Below are positions 31,497 through 41,773 of a stretch of DNA of 64,000 bases, in pieces. Both the position numbers and the translations under genes were made by a program. Position 1 is the first letter of the stretch. The number at the start of each line of letters is the position of its first letter. Source of the DNA: Pseudomonadota bacterium. GTDB taxonomy: Bacteria; Bdellovibrionota_B; Oligoflexia; Oligoflexales; CAIYRB01. Under the pieces are notes generated by a model. That model saw only the letters and a list, made by a program, of their open reading frames with translations. It had not been told where the DNA came from and did no database searches. The stretch covers positions 2,999 to 66,998 of the forward strand of contig JAPLFX010000030.1 of the NCBI GenBank assembly GCA_026390445.1, given 5' to 3'.

Positions 31497-32174
31497 TCAC
31501 TTGCTCATGAGCAACTGACGGATGAGCGTCGCAGCACCATTCCAAAAAATCTCTGCTCCTAGACACACGACGATAAACGCCATCATTCGCAGCATCACTT
31601 TGGTTCCCGAGGCACCTAGCCGCCGTGCCAGTAGTTCGGAATAGGCGAAGGATAGGTAAACGGCAACGCAGACTCCGATGATGCCAATGACGGCTCCGGC
31701 CTGGCGGCAAGCGGTGTTGACGAAGGCTTCATTTTGCGTGTGGGCACTGAGAGTTAAGGCTACGGCAATGCAGCCTGGCCCAACCGTAATCGGAAAGGTA
31801 AACGGGTAGAACAAGCGATCGCCATAGGATGCCGCCGCGCCGCCCGGGCTTTGGCTGGTTGTACTGTCATCCTGATTCAGCATGCGCCAGCCCATGGAGG
31901 CTAAGACCAGGCCACCTGCGGCCTGCACGATCGGGATAGTCAGGCCAAAAAAGGACAGCAAGTAGCTCCCGACAAACAGCACAATCGCGAGCAACACAAA
32001 GGTATTAAAGGCGATCTTAGCGGCGATCGTTCGCCGCGTCGCGCTGTCGATGGGACCGGTCATGCCGAGCAGAATGACTGCCGTGCCGATGGGATTGATC
32101 ACGGGGAACAAGGCCAAAAATGCCAGAGGAACTGCTTTGACTAGAAGAAGGAGTGGAGTTACCGCATCTTGCAT
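31497..32174 (-). CDS. MarC-family (UPF0056) integral membrane protein
   Basis: 225 aa with six hydrophobic segments. N-terminal FLALFPVINPIGTAVILLGMTG is typical of the MarC/NAAT family. Confidence 0.8.
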   Translation of the reverse strand: MQDAVTPLLLLVKAVPLAFLALFPVINPIGTAVILLGMTGPIDSATRRTIAAKIAFNTFVLLAIVLFVGSYLLSFFGLTIPIVQAAGGLVLASMGWRMLNQDDSTTSQSPGGAAASYGDRLFYPFTFPITVGPGCIAVALTLSAHTQNEAFVNTACRQAGAVIGIIGVCVAVYLSFAYSELLARRLGASGTKVMLRMMAFIVVCLGAEIFWNGAATLIRQLLMSK

Positions 32175-32357
32175 GCCTAAAGAGCCTTATAAAACAGGGA
32201 ATTGAGATACACCTAGCGGCAACAATCTACGCCGCTGAGGCCACGGTCGCAAGGTTCATGAAAGCCGCTTTTGACTGGCTAGCCAAGTTGGCGGTCTAGC
32301 CAAGTTAACCAAATATTGATATATAGCACCGGTTCGTCAAGCATTGAGGAGGATGGC

Positions 32358-35027
32358 ATGAAGGTACTAAGTCGGTTTGGATTCATCGGGGTGATCGCTT
32401 TCTCTGGCGGTGCAATGTCCTGTAGCCAGGCTGATTTAGCTAAGAGTGGCCATAGCACCCGCAGGTCGATGCAGCCAGTGGTTGCAAACCTGACGACGCG
32501 GCCTGAGGTGTCACCTGCGTCCCTTTCGCCCAACCCGAAGGTCTTTGACGATGCTGACGCCAAGGCAGCAAGCCTTAAGCTCACGCCTGCATCCACCGCG
32601 GTATCCGGGCGCGTGGTGTTTCACAAGGACCGCTTGTTCCACCGCGAGTTTCTCTACGGCTTTGACCTTCAATACAGCGGCGGCAGCGATGATAAATATG
32701 CGTTGATTCCGCAGGCGCAAGCACTCGGGCACATCCCTTGTACCTTTCGCCGCGTCGCCGATCGGTTGCAGCTCGTCGCCGACCAAAGTCGACTTTTTGA
32801 GAGTGACATCAATCATCCAGAAGTGCTGATCGCTACCTATAACATCGTCAGCGAAGACGCGGCGACCTTGACGGTCGAATTCGCCAGCGGCGGCTTGGTC
32901 ATGAATGAAGTGATGAACGGCCTGTCGTCCGATGGCGTTGCGTCGGGCGCCGCCGTGGATCTGCCAAAGCAGGCGTGGATCCGCTCGTTGAGCTTTGTCC
33001 CAGAGGGAGAGTACTTGCTACAAGAGACCGCGTTGCAGGTCAAAAACGGCAGCGTCCAGACCTTTATGGAGACGGTCTTTCCGCGGAGTAATCTCGTTCC
33101 CGAGGGTGCGACCGGTCTTGAGGCCAACACCAAGGTAGAGCCCTTGGCTGAGCGCTTTCGGTTTCTTGGTGCCGAGGAGGCGTTTGTTACGCGGCAAAAG
33201 GATGGCCTCAAGGTTCGCGAGAAGACCACCTTTGCCTCGCGCTTCCTGATTAAGGAGGGGCAAACTATCGACTGGTATGTCACGTCCAATGCTCCTGAGC
33301 GTCTGATGCCTATCTTCAAGAGCGGGGTGGAGGGCTGGAACCGCTACTTCATCCCAGAGTTCGGTCGGCCGGTGATGCGCTTTGTCGGGGTTCTTCCGGC
33401 GGATATCGCAATCGGCGATCCACGTTACAACATCATCAATTTCGATAGCGTTGCCCAGGCCGGAGCAGCTTACGAAAGTCAGGCGACGGATCCGGCGACC
33501 GGTTACCAAAGCCACAGCCTGATCTATCTACCCTATGCTTGGTACAATATCGGCGTCGAGATGTGGAAGAAGCGTAGCGAGACACTCGATCCAGCCAGTG
33601 CTGCCGCCGTTCGCGCTGCGGTCGCACCTAAGGCGCCGGAGTTTGCCTTTGCCCGAGGTCGCGAGATCCTCGCCTGCGTGCGGTCGATGGAGCTGTTAAA
33701 CCTGCCACTAGCAAACATGAGTCAGACCCTAGATCCTGGGCCGTCTGGACACGGTGAGGCGCTGGCGCTGCCGGACAGCGTGGACGAGTTTGCCCGGCGT
33801 TTGATGATCTCGACCCTGTTCCACGAAGTTGGTCATGCCCTTGGTTTGGCGCACAATTTTAAGGGCTCACTGGCTCTAGACGCAAGCAAACCGCAAAGCG
33901 AAGGCAATCCAGCGTCGTGGTCGATCATGGATTACAATTACTATCAAAACGAACAAGATATCTTCCGTGACATCGGTGGAACCGATGGACCGATTCTAGA
34001 ATACGACCGGCAGATGATCAGCGAGCTCTATCATGGCGGCCAAGGCGTTAAGCCGACCGATCCCATTGTGCCGGCCTGTGATGATAAAGAAGCCGATAGC
34101 GTCGCCGACGGCGTCGATCCCTTTTGCTTGCGCTACGATGTTGAAAATGACCCGACCCTGGGCTTAGTGCATGCCTATCATAACGTCGTGGCTGCGGCTG
34201 ATCCGCAAGGAGTGACCAGCCTGACCCTAACCCAGGCGCTGCTGGGCCTGAAAAGTCAGATCGCGGCTAAGTTTGCGTCGCCGACGAAGGTAGCCTCGGC
34301 CGCGGCTTTGGAAGCTCAGACCAAGGCCTTGTCCGGGCAAATCTCGGCACTGATCGAGTTTTACCTAACCGGTGGAGCGCAGTCCTTGCGCGTCAACCTG
34401 AGCAACAACAGCAAGGCCCTGCGCGTTTGGAAGGGAACCGTACATACCGACGAAGCAGCCTTCCGTGGCCGTTATCTGCAGGTGTTTTCGGACACCATGG
34501 CGCTAAAGACGCTACCTCCGGCACCTGCGGCAGCTCTGGCTGATTTGGTTGCGACCTTGCAGTTGAGTGCTGCGAGCAACACTGCGGTTGGTGCTGACGA
34601 GCCGGGCCGCAAGGCGGCTGCCGACCAAGCGAGTGCAGCCTTCACTGCTGCAGTCGGTGCAAGGGTCACGGCTTTGCTTAGCAAGTTACGAGCCGGCAGC
34701 TACGCGGGTCTGGCCTTTGACCTTAAAAATTCCTTCGCCCTGCAGCTGACTCCTGGGGGGAACTTGTCGCACTTCGAGGATCTGGCCTTTAGCACGCTAG
34801 CAAGCGGTGTATTAGTCGGCTTCGATCCTGCTGCTGATCCCGCGGCCAGCGTGGTGTTTCAAGCGGAGCGTGCCGCAGCGGCGGCCGCTCTGCTGAGTTT
34901 TAAACCGCATGCCAAGTCCTACGGCGACGTGATTGAGCAGCTCAATGCCCTGTACTTAAAGGCCCTGGCTACTGGTCAGACGCAGATGGTGCATGACCTG
35001 CGGGTGCTTCTGGCGCAGCTTGGCTAG
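32358..35027 (+). CDS. secreted zinc metalloprotease, metzincin-like
   Basis: I chose ATG 32358 after GAGGAGG (MKVLSRFGFIGVIAFSGGAMSC..., signal peptide). Extended zinc motif HEVGHALGLAHNF followed by a Met-turn-like SIMDY. 889 aa with an Ala-rich C-terminal region. Confidence 0.75.
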   Translation: MKVLSRFGFIGVIAFSGGAMSCSQADLAKSGHSTRRSMQPVVANLTTRPEVSPASLSPNPKVFDDADAKAASLKLTPASTAVSGRVVFHKDRLFHREFLYGFDLQYSGGSDDKYALIPQAQALGHIPCTFRRVADRLQLVADQSRLFESDINHPEVLIATYNIVSEDAATLTVEFASGGLVMNEVMNGLSSDGVASGAAVDLPKQAWIRSLSFVPEGEYLLQETALQVKNGSVQTFMETVFPRSNLVPEGATGLEANTKVEPLAERFRFLGAEEAFVTRQKDGLKVREKTTFASRFLIKEGQTIDWYVTSNAPERLMPIFKSGVEGWNRYFIPEFGRPVMRFVGVLPADIAIGDPRYNIINFDSVAQAGAAYESQATDPATGYQSHSLIYLPYAWYNIGVEMWKKRSETLDPASAAAVRAAVAPKAPEFAFARGREILACVRSMELLNLPLANMSQTLDPGPSGHGEALALPDSVDEFARRLMISTLFHEVGHALGLAHNFKGSLALDASKPQSEGNPASWSIMDYNYYQNEQDIFRDIGGTDGPILEYDRQMISELYHGGQGVKPTDPIVPACDDKEADSVADGVDPFCLRYDVENDPTLGLVHAYHNVVAAADPQGVTSLTLTQALLGLKSQIAAKFASPTKVASAAALEAQTKALSGQISALIEFYLTGGAQSLRVNLSNNSKALRVWKGTVHTDEAAFRGRYLQVFSDTMALKTLPPAPAAALADLVATLQLSAASNTAVGADEPGRKAAADQASAAFTAAVGARVTALLSKLRAGSYAGLAFDLKNSFALQLTPGGNLSHFEDLAFSTLASGVLVGFDPAADPAASVVFQAERAAAAAALLSFKPHAKSYGDVIEQLNALYLKALATGQTQMVHDLRVLLAQLG

Positions 35028-35038
35028 GTCGAGCGGGC

Positions 35039-35224
35039 CTACATCGTCGGGTCGATCCATGCCGGAAAGAACCTGAGGATGTAGGCGTAGGCGACGTATG
35101 CCGAGTAAAAATAAGCCAGCACGCCGGCTAGAACCCGGCTACGAAGCAGGTCTGGCCTTCGCTCCAAGAGGAAGCCGGCGGCAATCATGTGGCAGATGAT
35201 GAAGAGCGATACAACCTTGGTCAT
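35039..35224 (-). CDS. small two-helix membrane protein, hypothetical
   Basis: 61-aa ORF 11 nt downstream of the Wza-like gene, with gagg 6 nt before the ATG and two hydrophobic helices. Weak support. Confidence 0.4.
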   Translation of the reverse strand: MTKVVSLFIICHMIAAGFLLERRPDLLRSRVLAGVLAYFYSAYVAYAYILRFFPAWIDPTM

Positions 35225-35235
35225 CGGCGCCTCAG

Positions 35236-35850
35236 CTATTCGGCGTGGATCAAGTCGCTGCGGTCGAGGACGAAGCGATCGAGTTGGTCTTTGCCGCTGA
35301 GCAGTTTGTAAAAGGTCGTGGAGTAGCGCTGGATGTTACCTCCGGGGCTCTGGCGCAGCAGGATGATCCGGCCGCTGGCAAACCGACTGAGGCCCCCTGC
35401 CATGGCTAAGCCCTGCAGCAAGGTCGTTCGGCTTTGCATGGAAATCATGCCGGGCTTGTTCACTTCACCGGAAAAAAACACCTGATAACTGTCGTGTCCA
35501 GCAACCCCGACGGTAATGATCGGGTTCTTGACGTAGGGCTTGAGTGCTTTTTCCATGCGCGAGGTCAGTTGCAGGGCGGTGTCGCCGGCAGCAGCGACAA
35601 AGCCGATCAATGGGAAGGTCATCATCCCGGTCGGTGCCACCATATAGGTTCCATTCAGATTTTCTTGGCCAAAGACCTTGATGGTGACTTGGTCGCCTGC
35701 ACTGATGACGTAGTCACCCACCCGGTTAAAGGTGCTGCCGGCCGTGGCCTGGCTTAAATCGACTGCGGCGACGCTCGCCGCGCAGCCGTGGACGAAAAGA
35801 AGCAAGACTAGGGCAAGACAATGGTCGAGTCGGTGCTCACTTCGGGACAT
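35236..35850 (-). CDS. outer-membrane polysaccharide export lipoprotein (short Wza/GumB-like OPX)
   Basis: 204 aa. Lipobox LLLFVHGC. Poly_export-like segment YVISAGDQVTIKVFGQENLNGTYMVAPTGMMTFPLIGFVAAAGDTALQLTSRMEKALKPYVKNPIITVGV, then an SLBB-like segment VFFSGEVNKPGMISM...TLLQGLAMAGG. Confidence 0.8.
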   Translation of the reverse strand: MSRSEHRLDHCLALVLLLFVHGCAASVAAVDLSQATAGSTFNRVGDYVISAGDQVTIKVFGQENLNGTYMVAPTGMMTFPLIGFVAAAGDTALQLTSRMEKALKPYVKNPIITVGVAGHDSYQVFFSGEVNKPGMISMQSRTTLLQGLAMAGGLSRFASGRIILLRQSPGGNIQRYSTTFYKLLSGKDQLDRFVLDRSDLIHAE

Positions 35851-37333
35851 ATTCGGACTCTCCCCTTCTCTGCAGCAAAGCTAAACTGTGGATGGACACG
35901 CCAACCACCAGGCCGAGTAGTGCTGGCAGGCGGAATTTGAACAGACCAACGTCGGTGTATGCGTAAACCAGCCAGCGGATCACCATACCCCAGGCTAGAA
36001 ACGCCAGTATTTTGGTCCACGCATCCTTGGCGATGCGGTTAAGACGCAGGGCAACGGCTAAGCTCAAGACGCATACGGCCGCGATCGCCGCAGCCGCTAG
36101 TGGCCCCCCATTGGCCCACAGAAATAGGACGTTGTTGTGCGGCAAGACGTCGTAGAGCGGGTAGAAGTTTGAGATGTCGGTTAGAGGCATAAACATCTTC
36201 ATGTGATGACCAAAGCCCCAGCCGGTGAACGGGGACTCCATGGCTTCGTGGTACTGGTTAAAGTTTTCGACGTCGCGGTAGTCTAGGCTAAAGTATTTGT
36301 CTTTGATGAAGAATCGCTTTAGAGGATAGACCAAGATACCGAGTGGCGACGTCGTGTTCCATAGCAGCGTCAAGACCAATGCGGCGGCTGAACTAAGCCC
36401 GAAGGCGCTGACTACGTGCCACCTACGAATGTGTTTATAGTAGACGATGGGTAGCAGAGCCAGGGTGATGCCCAGCCCGAGAAACGATGCTCTCCTGAGA
36501 TTGAGAAAATAGGGCAGGATTAGTGTGACGAGGCAGGCAAGCGCTAGCACAGTGTGCCAGATGTGGCGGCGATAGTGCCACCACAGGTAGCTGACGAGGA
36601 GCATGCAGATAGCGATGTGCTCTGAAGTGATGTGCTCGATGAGGTATTCGCGCTTGCCCATCTTCATGTCAAAGACAACAAAGAACACATACCATCCTTG
36701 AAGGCATTTGATCATCGTGGCGCCGAGGATCAGCTTGAACAGCAAGGGTAGCTGAGCTGGGCTTCGGTAGCCGATATAACCGAGATACAGCCACAAACCG
36801 AAGTAGGGAATGTAGCGAAATTGGGTGAAGGCAAGCCGCAGGTCGCCGCCAGTGAGCTGGCCACGAAGCATGGCGATGGCGCCGGCCATGGGCAGCACTA
36901 GAGCCAAAGCGGTGACCAATCGAAATCTAGGGGAGCTGAACAGGGCGTAGTGTTCGCGCCGCCCGCCGCTAAACATAAGCCATAGCGCCAGGGAAATGGT
37001 TAATATTTCCAGCGGCGTGATGATCAGGCCGGGCACGCCCAACTCGCCGAGTCGTTCGTAAAGCAGGGGGCCAAGGATTTTGGTCCACGGATCCCATTCG
37101 TTGTAGGCGAAATTATGCGGTTCATCGAACAGGACCATGGCTGCCATCAACCAGCTGATCAGCGTAAAGCCTTCCAATCTCGCCAACAGCGGTACGGCAA
37201 ATACCAAAGAAAATGTGGCGATGGGTAGCAGGTAAAACGTTGGATCATCGGCGTGCCCGACATATTGGACCATGGCCAAGGTGCTGGCAGCCATCGCGGC
37301 GAGAACTAGTCTTAGGTCGTAGGCGGCGAGCAT
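35837..37333 (-). CDS. polytopic membrane protein, O-antigen ligase/polymerase-like (Wzy-type)
   Basis: 498 aa with at least 10 hydrophobic segments. It sits between the PCP and OPX genes (4-nt gap upstream, 14-nt overlap downstream). The assignment rests on context and topology, not on a recognised motif. Confidence 0.5.
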   Translation of the reverse strand: MLAAYDLRLVLAAMAASTLAMVQYVGHADDPTFYLLPIATFSLVFAVPLLARLEGFTLISWLMAAMVLFDEPHNFAYNEWDPWTKILGPLLYERLGELGVPGLIITPLEILTISLALWLMFSGGRREHYALFSSPRFRLVTALALVLPMAGAIAMLRGQLTGGDLRLAFTQFRYIPYFGLWLYLGYIGYRSPAQLPLLFKLILGATMIKCLQGWYVFFVVFDMKMGKREYLIEHITSEHIAICMLLVSYLWWHYRRHIWHTVLALACLVTLILPYFLNLRRASFLGLGITLALLPIVYYKHIRRWHVVSAFGLSSAAALVLTLLWNTTSPLGILVYPLKRFFIKDKYFSLDYRDVENFNQYHEAMESPFTGWGFGHHMKMFMPLTDISNFYPLYDVLPHNNVLFLWANGGPLAAAAIAAVCVLSLAVALRLNRIAKDAWTKILAFLAWGMVIRWLVYAYTDVGLFKFRLPALLGLVVGVSIHSLALLQRRGESEYVPK

Positions 37334-37336
37334 GGC

Positions 37337-39403
37337 TCAAGTTCCGATCATAACCAAGCCCAAGGTCTTGGCGGTCGGGGTGAGTTGAACGGCGCGTTCG
37401 ACGTCGGTGAACGTGGCGCAGCGCGCATCGACCAGGACGATGCAATCACTGGCGGCATAGAGAAACGGCTCGGTTTCAAGCATGCGCCGGATATCGTAGG
37501 CGCGGATATAAATGCGGCTATAGGGTTTGGCTAGGCTGGCGAGGAGATTGGCAACGGCGGAGCGGGTAAACGCCATGCTCGGATCATTGCTACGGGGTGC
37601 TGCCACGAGATCGAAGGCGCGCTCAGCGTTCCGGCTCTGGCGTACCTCACGCCACGTCGCCTGACCGGCGAGAAAGTCAGCGAGGGAGCGCTTTGGCGGC
37701 GCCAAGTCGTGGCTGGACGGGACTGGGTCGCGGCTGTCGCAGTCGATCAGTAAGACTGGTCCGGGTGTCTCGGTACAGATGACATTGAGAAAGTTAAAGC
37801 AGTAGGCACCGGTATGTCCCTGTTCGGCTGCACTTTGAATCAGCACGACCTGACCGCTGCAGCGCTGCCGAAGCTCATACTCCAGTCTGCGGTAGGATTG
37901 GAGGACCTCCGAAGCACGTTGGTTCTGACTCCGGTTGGCGCTGGCGGCGCTGTCCCTGAGCAAGGTGGCAAGCTGTGGCGAGATGCTCTCGTAGGCTTTA
38001 AGGCCAGCTTGATTTAGTTGCGATAGGACCGGCAATTGACAGCGCCAGGCTACACGCCAAAGATCCCGCGCAAAGGGTGTGCGTAGCTCGCGAAGCACGG
38101 CGGAAGCAGCAGCGACCATCGCGGCTAAACATAGCAGCACGAGGGTTGTTTGCCGGCGGCCTTTGCCCGGAGGGGTCGAATCATAGGATGCTGGTAGGAA
38201 AGGCCGGAGGCGTGTACGTAGGGCCGGGGCCTCGGCTTGGCGTGACATTCTGATTTCTTCCAGACTTAGCTCACGGACGCGGTCGGACAGTGCCGGTAAG
38301 AACTGGCCTTGGCGCGGACTGTAGTCTTCGCCGCGGCCTTCAGCGGTGGTGACACGCATGCCCAACTTGCGTTCCTGTTCCCGAATCTCCGCGAGCTGGG
38401 CTTTCAACTGGTTGATCTTCAAGCGTTGTCCTGGGTCCACGGCGTCGCGCCCGAGTTGGCGGATCTCGTCTTGCTTGGCAATGACGTCCGGGTGCGAGGG
38501 CTCAAGCTTAGTCGTGAGGCGGGCAAGGTCGGCTTCAAGCGACGCCCGCAGGGCTGCGGCCCGGCTCTTTTCTTGATCACCATCAGCGCGTAGGCTTTGG
38601 ATCTTATCAAGGAGTTCGGTTTCCTGTTCGCGCAGACGATCCTGAGCGGTCACTCCAGGAACGGAGTTTTTATCGTCTTTTTTCAGGTCACGATCGGCCT
38701 TGCGTTCGGCCTCAGCGGACAGCGTGAGCTGATGCAGGTAACTGGCAAAGACCTCGTGCTGGCGGCGATAGGATTCAGCCTCAAAGCGAAGTTCGCTTTG
38801 AATAAATAGTTCCATGGCAGCATCTGCTAGTTGCTTTGATAGCAGTGCGTCGTCCGTCGTGACACGCAGCGAAATGGTGTTCTTTTTGTCGTCGTATTGT
38901 GTGTCAAAGGCTCGACTCAGGTATTCGGCATTGGCATCCTTCGCCTTGGCGTCATCTTGGTAGCCATTGTCCCCTTTGTTTGACTTAAATAGTTGGCTGG
39001 TGCCAGGGATGTGGCGAGTGATCCACTGTTTGAGTGCAGAGAGGTCTTTGCCCTCCCTTTGATTAAGTCCGACTTCTGTGGCGACCTGCCAAAGAAACTC
39101 AGGATCGTCGAGCTTGGTTTTAAAAGCATCGGCGACTTGCGGAAAGCGGGGGTAGAGCGGGTACCTCGGCACGGCTTCAGAGCTGTCGCGATCATCGTAA
39201 ATCGCCGCGGTGTAGGAGGACATATGATCTTTTTGTAGCGCGCCGATCAGCAGGGCGATAGGTGCTGTTAAAGCAAAGATCAGGAGCATCATGCCTGACT
39301 GCCGGCGCAGCACCCGAAGCACATAGGCGCTGTCGGGTAGATATAGCCTTTTTGCTGCGGCATCTCCCCGTAAAGCGGCGGAGTGCTCTCCTGGCTCAAG
39401 CAT
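37337..39403 (-). CDS. polysaccharide co-polymerase (Wzz/GumC/Wzc-like) with degenerate C-terminal P-loop kinase-like domain
   Basis: 688 aa. N-terminal TM (MMLLIFALTAPIALLIGAL), a long coiled-coil periplasmic region and a second TM (TTLVLLCLAAMVAAASAVL). The 172-aa C-terminal domain retains VLLIDCDSRDP (Walker A'-like) but not GxxGxGK[ST]. Confidence 0.7.
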   Translation of the reverse strand: MLEPGEHSAALRGDAAAKRLYLPDSAYVLRVLRRQSGMMLLIFALTAPIALLIGALQKDHMSSYTAAIYDDRDSSEAVPRYPLYPRFPQVADAFKTKLDDPEFLWQVATEVGLNQREGKDLSALKQWITRHIPGTSQLFKSNKGDNGYQDDAKAKDANAEYLSRAFDTQYDDKKNTISLRVTTDDALLSKQLADAAMELFIQSELRFEAESYRRQHEVFASYLHQLTLSAEAERKADRDLKKDDKNSVPGVTAQDRLREQETELLDKIQSLRADGDQEKSRAAALRASLEADLARLTTKLEPSHPDVIAKQDEIRQLGRDAVDPGQRLKINQLKAQLAEIREQERKLGMRVTTAEGRGEDYSPRQGQFLPALSDRVRELSLEEIRMSRQAEAPALRTRLRPFLPASYDSTPPGKGRRQTTLVLLCLAAMVAAASAVLRELRTPFARDLWRVAWRCQLPVLSQLNQAGLKAYESISPQLATLLRDSAASANRSQNQRASEVLQSYRRLEYELRQRCSGQVVLIQSAAEQGHTGAYCFNFLNVICTETPGPVLLIDCDSRDPVPSSHDLAPPKRSLADFLAGQATWREVRQSRNAERAFDLVAAPRSNDPSMAFTRSAVANLLASLAKPYSRIYIRAYDIRRMLETEPFLYAASDCIVLVDARCATFTDVERAVQLTPTAKTLGLVMIGT

Positions 39404-39531
39404 AGAAGGGTCATCCTGAAGGGTGAAGTATAGAACGGGGCGTCGGGGGAAGCGGAGCTTACTTTATTGTACGTTAGGCATGGGGAGGAATGGAAAGCGT
39501 GGGCAAACTTTGCCGACTCTAAAGGTGATGT

Positions 39532-41688
39532 TTAGGCTTCGCTCAACTCCCAAAAGCCCATAGAACGTGGCGCTAGTTGAAGGCACAAGTGACTTTGCGA
39601 GGGCACTTCGGCGGCTTCGTTTAGGCTCAGGTTGGGCTGAAGGGAGGAGCGGTAGCTTTTTACCAGGTGCGCGGTGTCGGCATTCGGTAGGGTCAGCGTC
39701 TGTGGCGTCGCGGCGAAGTTTATGGCTGCAAGAAAGCTCCTGCCATCGTCCTTAAAGCTATAGGTTTGCACATCGGCGTCAAAGGCAGCAGTAAGGCGCG
39801 GTTTGAGGTCAAACAGCTGCATCACAAAGTCTTCTAAGGCCTCGTTCATCACGGGATAAAAGGCAAAATGGGCATAAATTCCATGTCCATGGTCAGGCCG
39901 TGTCATGATGATGGCCGGTGCTTGGTCGTATGGACCGCCGTAAAATCGCCCGGCCTCCGTCCAGCGCCTATGATTGGCGACGACGATCTTTTCCGCCCAT
40001 ATCTGACCTTGCAGGTCCGGTCCGCCTTGATTCAAACGAATGGCTTCGCGCTCCTGCGCCAACAGTCCCCCTGCATCGTCAAAGTAGAAATCGTCGCGGG
40101 CAAAGAGTTGCAGTGGGTATGGCGACATCCTGCCATGTTGGTCCTTGACCGCGGTACGCGGAAGTGACCAGACGCTTCCACCCGCCGCGATGAAGGCCTC
40201 TATGGCGGCAATCTCCGACCTTGAAAGCTCAAAGGCATAACCAGGCAGAATCAGCAGTTTCGCTTTGCTCAGCTCGCCCATTGCGGCGGCGATACTTGGC
40301 GCCATAGCAATGCCGAGACCGTGGCGTAAAAAAGGCCGCTGTAGTTGTTCGATCAGGCGAACGCCGTTCCAGAGAGTCGTCTGGCTGGAAATATCATGAG
40401 CCCAAAGGCTCTCCATATTGTGGATGATCAGCACGTCGGTGGTTGGACAGGGCAAGGCCTTAAGGTCGAAGTGACTAGCTACTGCAGCAAAAACCTTAGT
40501 CTTGGCGGCGATGATCAGCTCTTGGCGCGACTGCGGTAGGCGTAAGTCATGCGGGACGATGCCGTCGTGGTATTGTTCGACACCGCCGTAGAAGCGTTGC
40601 CAACTAAAGTAATACATCCCCTCAGCGCCGAGAAATGCCGCCTGCATGCCCCAAAGAAAGAGCCAGTCGATACCCCAACGTCCGTTGACCTGCTGCCAGT
40701 TGACCTGGACGGGCTGCTGCTCGAGGACGATAAATTTGCGTCCCCCCTTTAACGAACGCATGAGATTATATTGACTAGCCGAAGACAGGGGATCTGGCAT
40801 AGCCTGCATTTGATAATGATCGTATCCAGCAATATCGAGATCCTCGCACAGCTGCCATAAACAGATGTCGAACATCATCGGAACGATGTTGTGGGTCACG
40901 CGGCGGCCCGGCGAATAGCGACGGATGATCTCGACCTGGTCGCGTTGGAAGTCTCGGTAGGCCTCGCTCATAAAGCGGCGGTAGGCGAGCTCTAGATGCG
41001 GATTGGCTTCGGTCCAGGTGTGTAGTGGGAGTTCAACCTCGTTAAAGGAGCGGTAGTGCTGCGACCAAAAACACGTAAACCACGTTTCATTTAAAGAAGC
41101 GATGTCACCGGCAAACTGGCGTTCAAGCCAGAGGCGAAAGGCAGCGAGGACAGCATCGGTGAAGATCTCTGCCGAGCTATGGTTGGCAAGCTCGTTGTCA
41201 GTTTGCCAGGCGGTGACCGCAGGGTGGGCGCCAAAGGCCTTGGCATAGACCTCGGTGATCCGCCGCGACTCAGCGCGGTAGTGCGGACTTACGGGGTCGT
41301 AGTGGCGCCGTCCGCCCCAGGGGATGCGGTAGCCGGTGCGGGTGATGGGTAGAATCTCTGGGTGCGCATCGATGAGCCACTTGGGTGGCGTCGCCGTGGG
41401 CGTACACAGCATCACGCTGATGCCGAACTCGAGGGCTAGGTCAAGGGTCTGGGTGAAGACCTCGGTATGGAGGACACCTGGCGACGGCTCAACGTGGGAC
41501 CAGCTGAACTCGCCAATCCGCACGACGCTAATCCCGTCTTTGCGCATGCGCTCAAAGTCGACCCGCAGCCGCTGGGCCACGGTGAGGCGCTTGATTTCGC
41601 CAGAGGCTAGGCGGGCCTCCTTGCCCTCACTTAGGTAGTCGGGATAGTAGGCGACGCCGAGAGTGAATAAGCGGTCTTTGTCCGACAT
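39532..41688 (-). CDS. glycoside hydrolase family 42 beta-galactosidase-like
   Basis: 718 aa, no signal peptide. GVAYYPDYL..., VRIGEFSWSHVEPSPGV, WQTDNELANH (acid/base Glu context). Three-domain length typical of GH42. Confidence 0.8.
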   Translation of the reverse strand: MSDKDRLFTLGVAYYPDYLSEGKEARLASGEIKRLTVAQRLRVDFERMRKDGISVVRIGEFSWSHVEPSPGVLHTEVFTQTLDLALEFGISVMLCTPTATPPKWLIDAHPEILPITRTGYRIPWGGRRHYDPVSPHYRAESRRITEVYAKAFGAHPAVTAWQTDNELANHSSAEIFTDAVLAAFRLWLERQFAGDIASLNETWFTCFWSQHYRSFNEVELPLHTWTEANPHLELAYRRFMSEAYRDFQRDQVEIIRRYSPGRRVTHNIVPMMFDICLWQLCEDLDIAGYDHYQMQAMPDPLSSASQYNLMRSLKGGRKFIVLEQQPVQVNWQQVNGRWGIDWLFLWGMQAAFLGAEGMYYFSWQRFYGGVEQYHDGIVPHDLRLPQSRQELIIAAKTKVFAAVASHFDLKALPCPTTDVLIIHNMESLWAHDISSQTTLWNGVRLIEQLQRPFLRHGLGIAMAPSIAAAMGELSKAKLLILPGYAFELSRSEIAAIEAFIAAGGSVWSLPRTAVKDQHGRMSPYPLQLFARDDFYFDDAGGLLAQEREAIRLNQGGPDLQGQIWAEKIVVANHRRWTEAGRFYGGPYDQAPAIIMTRPDHGHGIYAHFAFYPVMNEALEDFVMQLFDLKPRLTAAFDADVQTYSFKDDGRSFLAAINFAATPQTLTLPNADTAHLVKSYRSSLQPNLSLNEAAEVPSQSHLCLQLAPRSMGFWELSEA

Positions 41689-41773
41689 GGGGCCAGTTCC
41701 ATTGGGGGAGCTTCATCCTAGCTCTGCACCCCGCCCCCCACTCGTGGCTATGACGACAGGCGTGCTGCACAAC

